From Acidobacteriota bacterium (GTDB lineage: Bacteria > Acidobacteriota > UBA890 > WLXD01), in contig CBDBHB010000009.1 in the NCBI GenBank assembly GCA_965205505.1, positions 928,001 through 992,000 on the forward strand: a stretch of 64,000 bases of DNA. Reading direction: 5' to 3'. This document shows, in pieces, positions 48,983-57,901 of this stretch. The notes beneath the pieces were generated by a model, which did no database searches, was not told the origin of the DNA, and was given only the letters and a program-made list of their open reading frames with translations. Made by a program: the position numbers and the translations under genes. Position 1 is the first letter of the stretch. Each line of letters opens with the position of its first letter.

Positions 48983-49777
48983 ATGCTCGGTAGTTTGGCG
49001 CGGCTTTTCGGTCTGGGGCGGTCCGCACGGGAGCCGGAATTTACCGTATCTTGCGGCAAGGGTGACGGCGACGCGGCCGACAGACCGATGATTCGGCTAC
49101 GAGGGGTCGGTAGGGCGTTCGGCAGCGGCGCTGCGCGCAGCGTCGCCCTGGACGGCGTCGATTTGGAGATCGAGCGCGGTGAGTTTGTCGGCGTTGACGG
49201 ACCGTCCGGCAGCGGCAAGACGACGCTACTCTCGATTCTCGGCCTCCTGGACACACCAACCGCAGGCAGTTACCTACTGAATGGGCGCGCCGTCGAGGAC
49301 ATGCCCGCCGCCCAGCGTGCACGAACGCGCAACCGCGAGATCGGGTTCATCTTTCAGAGCTTCAATCTGATCGGCGATATGAGCGTGTTCGAGAACGTCG
49401 ACCTGCCGTTGAGCTACTTGGGCCTGCCCGGCGGTGAGCGGCGGGACCGTGTGCGGGAAGCCCTGCACCGCGTCGGTATGGCGTCGAAGGCCGGTTCCTA
49501 CCCGAGTCAGCTCTCGGGTGGGCATCAACAACGGGTCGCCGTCGCCCGAGCGGTGGTTGGTGAGCCTCAGATCCTGCTGGCCGACGAGCCCACCGGTAAC
49601 CTCAACTCGGAGGAGGCCAGCGTGGTGATCGAGATGCTCGCCGAGCTGCACGACGCCGGATCGACTATCTGCCTGGTGACCCACGATCCCAGGTGGCGGG
49701 AGGTTACGCGTCGAACCGTTCATCTTTTCGACGGTCGCCTGGTAGAGCCGGCCCAGGGGCGGCCAACGCCGACGTAG
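48983..49777 (+). CDS. ABC ATP-binding protein (MacB/LolD-like), no adjacent permease
   Basis: GPSGSGKT, IGFIFQSFNL, LSGGHQQR, ADEPTGNL; SD GGAGG. Confidence 0.92.
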   Translation: MLGSLARLFGLGRSAREPEFTVSCGKGDGDAADRPMIRLRGVGRAFGSGAARSVALDGVDLEIERGEFVGVDGPSGSGKTTLLSILGLLDTPTAGSYLLNGRAVEDMPAAQRARTRNREIGFIFQSFNLIGDMSVFENVDLPLSYLGLPGGERRDRVREALHRVGMASKAGSYPSQLSGGHQQRVAVARAVVGEPQILLADEPTGNLNSEEASVVIEMLAELHDAGSTICLVTHDPRWREVTRRTVHLFDGRLVEPAQGRPTPT

Positions 49778-49779
49778 CG

Positions 49780-50268
49780 CTACGATCCCAGCCGCATGCC
49801 CCGTGGCGCCTGGATGAGATCACCGTCGCGGAGGATCAGATCCGGCTCGTACACGTCGTTGCCCCAGTCCTGCGGCGGTTTGGGGCCGCGGGCGGCGTCG
49901 GAGCCGAGCGATGCGAGCACAAAGTGCTTGCCGTCGGTGTGGTAGACCCATGCCGTCCCCCACGGATCGGTGAGGCTGAGCCCCCTCATGCCTTTCTCGA
50001 GCTCAGCGATGGATTCGGCGTACCGCCCGGTGCGCAACAAGTATGCCGTGTTCGCCTTGCCGATCGTCGTCATGTCGGCAACCGTCTTGTTCTGGTTGAC
50101 GCGGTCGCGCAGCTCACCAGACAGCGGATTCGCCAGGCTGAGGCCATCTTCGCCACCGTAATACATGTTCGCCGACGTGGTCATGCCGGCGCTGATACCG
50201 ACCGTCATCAGCATGCCGAGCAGCACGCCGTATGAGGTTGCGCCGCGGTGGTCGCTAAGGCAGGGCAT
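49780..50268 (-). CDS. GspG/pseudopilin-like protein
   Basis: RG^AT leader followed by hydrophobic helix; DPWG..Y, LASLGSD motifs. Confidence 0.6.
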   Translation of the reverse strand: MPCLSDHRGATSYGVLLGMLMTVGISAGMTTSANMYYGGEDGLSLANPLSGELRDRVNQNKTVADMTTIGKANTAYLLRTGRYAESIAELEKGMRGLSLTDPWGTAWVYHTDGKHFVLASLGSDAARGPKPPQDWGNDVYEPDLILRDGDLIQAPRGMRLGS

Positions 50269-50451
50269 GGGATCGTTCTCCTGGCAGCAGGCCAATCCGA
50301 GCTTAGCAGCGTGGCAATGGCGGCCAAAGCCAATTGCGGCCACGATGGTGCATCCCGTGACGCCACCCCCCGACGCTGACACGGGACGTCCGGGTAGTCT
50401 CGGTGCACGGCCGAATTGCAGTATGGACTCGATGCCGCGTATCGTGCCCGT

Positions 50452-52746
50452 ATGAAGCCGTACTGCAGACGGGTTGGGCTGGTGGCGGCGGCGATCCTCG
50501 TGGCGACGACGTTGACGACCTCAACGTCGGTAGCGGGAGTCATCGTCGCGCAGCAGGCGAGCTCCACAGGCTCCGACGACTCCGCAGCGTCAACGACCGG
50601 GTTCCGGTGCGCCTTTGCCGAGACCACCATCACCACCTCGGCGGATCTGCACTGCATGGAGCTGTTTCCAACGTTGCGAGCAGGCGAGGCTCGTGGCCTG
50701 GTCGAGCTCGGGCGGGTGGGCTCACCGTTTGGCATCGCGGTAACGGTCGAGGGCCGGCAGCGCTATCGTCTTACCCTGCTCATAGAGGGGCTCCCGGATC
50801 CCTCCGAGCTCGGAGCCGCGGCCTATGTCGCCTGGGTCACGACGCCATGGCTGGACCCGGTGACTCGACTTGGCGAAGTGCGCAACGGGCTCACCGATCT
50901 CGGCGAGGTCGCGCACAACAAGTTCTCGATCTGGATCAGCGCGGAGGCGTCGCCTGACGTCGAGACCCGTGACGGACGGTTGGTCCTACGCGGTAGATCG
51001 CCGAGCTCGCGTATGAGCCCCGAGGATTTGATAACTCAGGCCCCGTTGGCCTTGGTAACGGCGGATGGCGCCGCTGGACACGGTGGTGATCATGCCGCCG
51101 GGATGCCCCTGAATGCCCCGGTGCCGCCGATGCACCCGGCCGTACCGATGGTTCCGGGTGTGGCCGCGTTGCGCCCGGAGGCCACGCCGTGGCTTCCTCC
51201 GGTAGCGGATCCAGAAGCGGTGCCGCTGGCCCGGCCGAGCCAGATCGTCCGGCTGGGTGATGGCGGCACGCTCGATCTCGAGGCTGGCCTTGTCCGCCGG
51301 CAGCTGGGCGGTCGCACCTATTTCATGTACGGCTTCAATGGTCAGATACCCGGCCCGCTGATCCATGTTCCGGAGAAGGCGACGATCTTCGTCAACTTCG
51401 AGAATCGGACCGCGTTGCCGACCGCCGTTCACTGGCACGGCGTGCGTCTCGACAACCGGTTCGACGGCGTGCCCGGGGTGACCCAAGAAGCCATTCTTCC
51501 GGGCGAGAGCTTCCGGTATCAGGTGTACTTCCGCGACGCGGGAATCTACTGGTACCACCCTCACCACCGCGAGGACATCGCGCAGGACCTGGGCCTGTAC
51601 GGCAACATGCTCGTCGACCCGGCCGGGAGCAACGCCTACGGGCCGGTGAATAGTGAACAGGTGCTCATGCTCGACGACCTGCTGCTCGGCGAGCAGGGCT
51701 TCATACCCTATGGCACCGAATCGGCCAACTTCATGCTCATGGGGCGGTTCGGCAACATGCTGCTGGTGAACGGCGAGCCACAGTACGAGCTTGAGGCAAT
51801 GCGTGGCGAGGTGGTGCGCTTCTTCTTCACCAATGTTGCCAACACGCGTACGTTCAATCTGAGCTTTCGTCCCGAGGGCGGGGCCAGGTCTCTCCCCATG
51901 AAGGTGATCGCCACCGATGTGTCGCGATTCGAGCGCGAGGTGTGGGCCGACAACCTGGTCATTGCACCGGCCGAGCGCTATATCGTCGAAGTGCGATTCG
52001 CGGAGCCTGGTCGCGTACGCATGGTCAATGTCGTTCAAGGAATCAACCACCGTGCCGGCGCGTTCTTTACGGAATCCAAGGAGCTCGGAATCGTACGGGT
52101 TGGCGACGATCCGGTCGGCGTCGACCTCACCAGGAGCCACGCGATGCTGCGCGCCAACGCCGACATCGCAACAGACATCCGGGCCTACCGCGACCACTTC
52201 GATCGCCCGCCCGATCACCAGCTGGTCCTGCGGCTGGAGGCCGGGGAGTTACCCCTCGTTGTCGATCAGCTGATGGCTCTCGACCGCGTGTACTTCAACC
52301 CGGCGGAGTGGGCCGGGACCATGCCGATGATGAACTGGATCAGCACCGGGGCACAGATCCAGTGGCTGCTGATCGATCCGACTACCGGCAACCGAAACAC
52401 CGAGATCGACGACTGGAAGTTCCAGGTCGGCGACGTTGTCAAGATCCGCATCACCAACGACCGAGGCTCGTTTCACGCCATGCAGCATCCGATCCACTTC
52501 CATGGACAGCGCTTCCTCGTACTGCAGCAGGACGGCGTCCCCAACGACAATCTGGCGTGGAAGGACACCGTGCTGTTGCCGGTGGCCTCGACCACCGATC
52601 TACTATTGGAGCTGTCCAACCCGGGGCGGTGGATGGTTCACTGCCACATCGCCGAGCACCTGGAGTCGGGCATGAAGATGATTTTCACGGTCGACGGCGA
52701 CACGGCGACGGAATCAGCGACGCAGACCCCCAACGACCGCCACTGA
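50452..52746 (+). CDS. Multicopper oxidase with N-terminal extension
   Basis: HWHG, WYHPH, HPIHFHG, HCHIAEHLESGM copper motifs. Confidence 0.93.
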   Translation: MKPYCRRVGLVAAAILVATTLTTSTSVAGVIVAQQASSTGSDDSAASTTGFRCAFAETTITTSADLHCMELFPTLRAGEARGLVELGRVGSPFGIAVTVEGRQRYRLTLLIEGLPDPSELGAAAYVAWVTTPWLDPVTRLGEVRNGLTDLGEVAHNKFSIWISAEASPDVETRDGRLVLRGRSPSSRMSPEDLITQAPLALVTADGAAGHGGDHAAGMPLNAPVPPMHPAVPMVPGVAALRPEATPWLPPVADPEAVPLARPSQIVRLGDGGTLDLEAGLVRRQLGGRTYFMYGFNGQIPGPLIHVPEKATIFVNFENRTALPTAVHWHGVRLDNRFDGVPGVTQEAILPGESFRYQVYFRDAGIYWYHPHHREDIAQDLGLYGNMLVDPAGSNAYGPVNSEQVLMLDDLLLGEQGFIPYGTESANFMLMGRFGNMLLVNGEPQYELEAMRGEVVRFFFTNVANTRTFNLSFRPEGGARSLPMKVIATDVSRFEREVWADNLVIAPAERYIVEVRFAEPGRVRMVNVVQGINHRAGAFFTESKELGIVRVGDDPVGVDLTRSHAMLRANADIATDIRAYRDHFDRPPDHQLVLRLEAGELPLVVDQLMALDRVYFNPAEWAGTMPMMNWISTGAQIQWLLIDPTTGNRNTEIDDWKFQVGDVVKIRITNDRGSFHAMQHPIHFHGQRFLVLQQDGVPNDNLAWKDTVLLPVASTTDLLLELSNPGRWMVHCHIAEHLESGMKMIFTVDGDTATESATQTPNDRH

Positions 52747-52765
52747 CGAGTAGGAAGGACACCAG

Positions 52766-54175
52766 ATGAGGAAGCAACTTGCTGTCGCCCTAGCAACGGT
52801 CACCCTTGTCGCTGCTGCGCCGACGCAGCAGGAGTTGTCGGAGGACGTCCTCGAGTACGTTGCCATCAACTCTCCGGAAGTGGCGCTGACCCACGTGCGG
52901 GTGGTGGACGGCACCGGCGCTCCGGCCATGGAGGATCAAACGATCCTCATCCGTAACGGTCGCATCGCCGCGGTGGGCGCCGCCGACTCCATCGATGTGG
53001 GACCTGATGTCGAGGTGGTGAGCCTAAAGGGTCACACGGTGATCCCTGGCCTCGTCGGGCTGCACGATCACAGCTACTACACGACGTCGCGCCGCGCGGT
53101 GCAGATGAATTTCACGGGCCCACGTCTGTACTTGGCCGCCGGGGTGACGACGATTCGCACCACTGGCAGCGAGTATCCGTACGCCGAGATCAACCTGAAG
53201 AAGGCGATCGAGGCGGGAGAGGTGCCGGGACCGCGGATGTTCGTAACCGGCCCTTACCTCACCGGTGATCAGGGCTCCCTGAACATGGCACGGCTGTCCG
53301 ACCCCGAGCACGCGCGTCGTGTCGTGAGTTACTGGGCGGAAGAAGGCGTCGATTGGTTCAAGGCCTACACGTGGATCAGCCGCGACGAGCTCGCGGCGGC
53401 AATCGACGAGGCCCACGAGCACGGCATCAAGGTGACCGCGCACCTGTGCTCGGTCAGCTTTCGGGAGGCGGTCGAGGCAGGTATCGACAACATCGAGCAC
53501 GGTCTTCTGACCAACAGCGACTACGACGAGACACGCTCACCCGACGCCTGCTCCAGCAACTTGATGCAGAGTGTTGCCGATCTCGATCTCTCGAGCGAGC
53601 AAGTGGAAACTACCTTCAGGGAAATGGTTGCGGCCGGCGTTCCAATGACCACCACACCGGTGGTGTACGAGATGTTCGTCAAGGGTCGCACCGAGCTCGA
53701 CCCGCGGGCTCGCGAGGCGCTCGCGCCCGGAGCGCTCGAGGAAGTTGTCGCGGCGGCGGCGCGTATCGAGGAGCGCGGTTCGATAGCGCCCGAGCTGTTC
53801 TTGAAAGCGCTGCAGTACGACTACAAGTTCGTCGAATCCGGTGGCGTGCTGGCGGCGGGAGTCGATCCGACCGGCTATGGCGCGGCGCTGCCGGGCTTTG
53901 GCGACCAGCGCAATTTCGAGCTCCTGCTCGAGACCGATTTCACCCCGGTCGAGGCGATACAGATCATCGGTGCCAACGGTGCCAAGGTGCTCGGCATATA
54001 CGACGAGGTCGGTTCTGTGGAAGTCGGAAAACAAGCCGACCTGGTGGTGCTCGACGGCAATCCCGTCGCCAACCCGCGCGACATCCGCAACGTGACGCTG
54101 GTGTTCAAGGAGGGGATCGGCTACGACGCCGCCAAGCTGATCGAGTCGGTGCGCGGACGCGTTGGCATTCAGTGA
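52766..54175 (+). CDS. Secreted amidohydrolase family protein
   Basis: PGLVGLHDH, GVTTIRT, KVTAH, IEHG, GKQADLVVL. Confidence 0.9.
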   Translation: MRKQLAVALATVTLVAAAPTQQELSEDVLEYVAINSPEVALTHVRVVDGTGAPAMEDQTILIRNGRIAAVGAADSIDVGPDVEVVSLKGHTVIPGLVGLHDHSYYTTSRRAVQMNFTGPRLYLAAGVTTIRTTGSEYPYAEINLKKAIEAGEVPGPRMFVTGPYLTGDQGSLNMARLSDPEHARRVVSYWAEEGVDWFKAYTWISRDELAAAIDEAHEHGIKVTAHLCSVSFREAVEAGIDNIEHGLLTNSDYDETRSPDACSSNLMQSVADLDLSSEQVETTFREMVAAGVPMTTTPVVYEMFVKGRTELDPRAREALAPGALEEVVAAAARIEERGSIAPELFLKALQYDYKFVESGGVLAAGVDPTGYGAALPGFGDQRNFELLLETDFTPVEAIQIIGANGAKVLGIYDEVGSVEVGKQADLVVLDGNPVANPRDIRNVTLVFKEGIGYDAAKLIESVRGRVGIQ

Positions 54176-54277
54176 CCCGCACACGTTCCCGGTTCAGGCC
54201 GGGTTGCATCTTGCCAGCGGGACCCGTAGGTTTCGGACAATCGGAGACGAATTTCAGTTAGCGGCAGTAGGCTGGCG

Positions 54278-54682
54278 ATGAAACACGCGAACGAACGCCT
54301 CGACAACGAGCGGTTGGACAATCGTATTCTGGCAGTGTTCGTAGCTCTCGCGATCCTGACCCTGCTCGCAGCGGCGCCGAAGGCCAGGCACTTGCGCCTG
54401 ACCGGTAGCGTCCCCGAGCAGGACGCCGCGCTCGATGCGTCGCCTGCCGAGATCCGTCTCTGGTTCTCGCTGGAACCGGAGCTGGCGATCAGTCGCATCA
54501 GCCTGAGCTGTCACGATACGGAGGAGCTCGGTGAGCTGCACGCCGGCGACGAGAACTCGCTCTGTGTCGAAGTCCTGAGCGATCTGGAACCCGGCGAGCA
54601 CACCGTCGTTTGGCGCACCTCGAGCGGCGACGGCCACCCGATCCGGGGCACGATACCGTTCAGCACGCCGTTGGCTCGCTGA
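54278..54682 (+). CDS. copC: CopC family copper-binding protein
   Basis: Signal peptide then H-LRLTGSVP; W...SGDGH motif. Confidence 0.85.
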   Translation: MKHANERLDNERLDNRILAVFVALAILTLLAAAPKARHLRLTGSVPEQDAALDASPAEIRLWFSLEPELAISRISLSCHDTEELGELHAGDENSLCVEVLSDLEPGEHTVVWRTSSGDGHPIRGTIPFSTPLAR

Positions 54683-54783
54683 GGCGCTCGGCGCACGTTT
54701 CCGAGGGCAGCACCAGTGCACCGGGGTTGCGATCTGCAATACACTGAGCTCAGGATCCCGCTGCTCCAAACCGTGAGGCGCTC

Positions 54784-55682
54784 GTGAACCATCGCCTGTC
54801 TCGAATCGCTGCAGTCGCGCTCGCATGCGTCGTCGTTAGTTTCCGTCGTTGCCCCCGCTCCCGTCGAGGCGCAGAGTAAGGTGCGTGTCGCGGTGATGAA
54901 CTTCTACAACAACAGCCACATCGGGCTACTGGGGTGACCGTCTGGGATCGGCCGCTGCCGACGAGCTTGCCACCCAGCTGGTGCGGTCGGGCCGTTTCTC
55001 GGTGATCGAACGCCGAGAGCTCGAGGCGATACTCGCCGAGCAGGACTTCGGTGCTAGCGGACGCGTCACCGCTTCGTCGGCAGCGCAGATCGGCCAGGTC
55101 CTGGGAGCCCAGCTCATGATAACCGGCTCGATCACGCAGTTCTCGGTGGAGAGCAAGCGTGTCGGCATCGGCGGCATTGGCGGGCGCTTTACCGAGGCGG
55201 AGAGCGTCGTCGACGTGCGCGTGGTGAACACGGTAACCAGCGAGATCTTGGTGGTGGCTGAGGGCAAGGGAAAGAAGCGCCTCGGTGGCATCCACGTCAA
55301 CAACGTCAGCTTCGAGCAGGACTTCGACGCGGGTCTGGCCCAGGAAGCGCTGCGCCCGGCGATCGAGGAGGCGGTTGAAGAGATCGTCGGCCAAGCACAG
55401 AGCTTCCAGGGACTCAAGCCGGTAATGCCGCCGGCCAGCATCGTCGGCACCCGCGGTGACGATTACTACATTGATCGTGGTGAGAACTTCGGTGTCACAG
55501 TTGGCCAGCAGTTTGCCGTCATGAGCGTCGTCGACGAGATCAAGGATGCGCAGGGCAACGTGCTCGACCGGATCACCGACCGCGTTGGCTTGCTCGAGGT
55601 CACCCGCGTGCTCGGGCAGTCAGTGGTATGCCGGCTCGTCCAGGGCACTGCCGCTGAGGGCGATTCGCTAACGGCGCAGTAG
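54784..55682 (+). CDS. CsgG/HfaB family protein with C-terminal beta domain; two 5' frameshifts (~54844, ~54917)
   Basis: Reconstructed signal peptide + RVAVMNF, GRFSVIERREL, G..LGAQLMITGSITQF, VDVRVVNT.T.EI. Confidence 0.78.
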
Positions 55683-55725
55683 TCGATCGCGATTGCTCGG
55701 TCGGCGGGGGTCAGGAGGCTGCCCG

Positions 55726-56694
55726 GTGCGCAGTCGGCTCGCTGTTGCGTTGCTTCTGGTGGCGTGCGTAAGCACGTCGTGCGCCAACGTCCGGGTCGCC
55801 GAGCCACCAACCGGGGGACCCCGCGCCACTCGATCCTCATTCGCGGCCCGGGAGCCTATCCGCGTCGTCATCATGTGCGCTGTCGAGTCCGAGCTCGAAA
55901 AGTTGCTGGCAGCGTCGCGCATCGACGCCACGCGGGAGCTCGCCGGCCGCACGCACCACGTGGGCAACCTCGAGGGACACCCTGTGGTGCTGTTGCTTGT
56001 CGGCGTCAGCATGGTCAATGCGGCGGCGGCGACGCAGGCGGTCATCGATCACTTCGAGGTGGGAGCCATCATCTTCTCGGGTATCGCCGGCGGAGCCAAC
56101 CCTGGCTTGAACGTTGGCGATGTGACCGTTCCGGCACGCTGGGGCCAACATCAGGAGATGGTGTTCGCCCGCGAGACGCCCGATGGTTGGGATACCGGTG
56201 GCCGCGCCAACGAGTTCACCAACTTCGGCATGATGTTCCCGCGCGGGCAGCTTCTGCCAGGGGCACGAATCGACTCCCAACGTGGCGAGCGACGTTTCTG
56301 GTTCGCGGTTGACGAGCGCATGCTGGCACAGGCCCGCGAGCTTGCCGGAGAGTTTGCGCTGAAGCGCTGTGTCAGTTCCGGCGAGTGCCTAGACGAGACG
56401 CCCCGTCTCGTCGTTGGTGGCAACGGCCTGTCGGGGCCGACCTTCCTCGACAACACCGCCTTTCGCGAGTGGATCTGGGACACGTTCGAGGCCGACGCGG
56501 TGGATATGGAAACGGCGGCCGTGGCCCAGGTGGCCGCGATCAACAGCACGCGATTTCTGGCTTTTCGCTCGCTGTCAGACTTGGCCGGGGGCGGAGCGGG
56601 ACGCAACCAAATTCGAACCTTCAGTCGCCTGGCGGCCGATAACTCTGCCACTGTCCTGCTGCGATTCCTACGCCGCTGGCGTGGTGTCGATTAG
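55726..56694 (+). CDS. Exported MTA/SAH nucleosidase (PNP_UDP_1) family protein
   Basis: GVSMVNAA, FSGIAGG, VDMETAAVA, RSLSDLAG. Confidence 0.88.
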   Translation: MRSRLAVALLLVACVSTSCANVRVAEPPTGGPRATRSSFAAREPIRVVIMCAVESELEKLLAASRIDATRELAGRTHHVGNLEGHPVVLLLVGVSMVNAAAATQAVIDHFEVGAIIFSGIAGGANPGLNVGDVTVPARWGQHQEMVFARETPDGWDTGGRANEFTNFGMMFPRGQLLPGARIDSQRGERRFWFAVDERMLAQARELAGEFALKRCVSSGECLDETPRLVVGGNGLSGPTFLDNTAFREWIWDTFEADAVDMETAAVAQVAAINSTRFLAFRSLSDLAGGGAGRNQIRTFSRLAADNSATVLLRFLRRWRGVD

Positions 56695-56703
56695 CCCATC
56701 GAG

Positions 56704-57837
56704 GTGGGTGTGCTGGTGCTCGCTGTTGCAACCTGCCTGGCCTGGGCTGCCTTTGCGATCGATGCCCTGCGTGGAAGCGGCACTATGAGCTTCGTGCGCG
56801 ACATGCCGTTGCCCGACGCTGAGACGCGGGCCACCCTGCCGCGCGTCAGCGTCATCGTGCCGGCGCGCAACGAGATCGAGATGGTCGAGCCCGCCTTGCG
56901 TTCCGTGCTCGATCTCGACTATCCGGATCTGGAGGTCGTTGCTGTCGATGATCGCTCTGACGACGCCACCGGAAGCGTGCTCGACACGCTGGCCGCTTCG
57001 GACTCGCGGCTGAAGGTAATCCACGTCGCCGATCTGCCAGTCGGATGGATCGGCAAGAACCACGCGTTGCCGCGCGGCGCGGAGATTGCGTCAGGGGAGC
57101 TGCTGTTGTTCACCGATGCCGATGTTCTCTTCGAGCGTACCGTGCTGGTGCGTGCCGTCCGTCATCTCATGACGCACGGCTACGACCATCTGACCATGCC
57201 GGCCGATGTACGCGTTGCGAGCGCCGCCCTCGAGTTGTTCGTGGCCGCCTTCGCGCTGTTGTTCAACGGCTACTTCCGACCCTGGCGGGTCAGCGATCCG
57301 CGGAGCTCCGCTGCGGTGGGGTTCGGCAGCTTCAACCTCGTCCGGCGAGCTGCCTACGAGCGCGCCGGAACGCACGCGGCGCTGGCGATGGATCCGCTCG
57401 ATGACGTGCGGTTGGCGATCAACCTCAAAGCAAGTGGCGCGGTGCCTCACTGCGCTGTCGCCGGGCCCTTTCTGCGTGTCGAGTGGTACCCGAGCCTAGC
57501 GGCAGCGTTCCGAGGGCTGGAGAAGAACACGCTGGGGGCGGTCAACTACTCGGTGCTGCTGCTCGCCGCCGGCAGCCTGGCGCAGATCGTGATGGTGGTG
57601 TGGCCGTTTGTCGCTATCTTGGTGACCACCGGTGTGACGCGGTGGTTGAACGTCACCGCGGTGGCAACGATCATGGCGATCCAGATAGGCATGCTGAGAG
57701 AGACCAGCTTGCGGCTCTGGACCGTTCCATTGTTGCCGTTGGGGGTGCTTCTCGCGCAGGCATGTTTCGCCAGAGCCGCGGTGCTGGCGCTGTGGCGCGG
57801 CGGCATCTACCGGCTGGAGGATCTGAAGGGCGCGTGA
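56704..57837 (+). CDS. Glycosyltransferase family 2 (HpnB/CrtQ-like)
   Basis: VSVIVPARNE, DDRSDD, GWIGKNHA, FTDAD, DD motif; C-terminal TMs. Confidence 0.88.
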   Translation: MGVLVLAVATCLAWAAFAIDALRGSGTMSFVRDMPLPDAETRATLPRVSVIVPARNEIEMVEPALRSVLDLDYPDLEVVAVDDRSDDATGSVLDTLAASDSRLKVIHVADLPVGWIGKNHALPRGAEIASGELLLFTDADVLFERTVLVRAVRHLMTHGYDHLTMPADVRVASAALELFVAAFALLFNGYFRPWRVSDPRSSAAVGFGSFNLVRRAAYERAGTHAALAMDPLDDVRLAINLKASGAVPHCAVAGPFLRVEWYPSLAAAFRGLEKNTLGAVNYSVLLLAAGSLAQIVMVVWPFVAILVTTGVTRWLNVTAVATIMAIQIGMLRETSLRLWTVPLLPLGVLLAQACFARAAVLALWRGGIYRLEDLKGA

Positions 57838-57901
57838 ACGACCCGGCTCCCTTCTCTGGCGATCCTCAGCCGGCCTGCTAGCGACCGCGCTTTGGCGCGG
57901 T

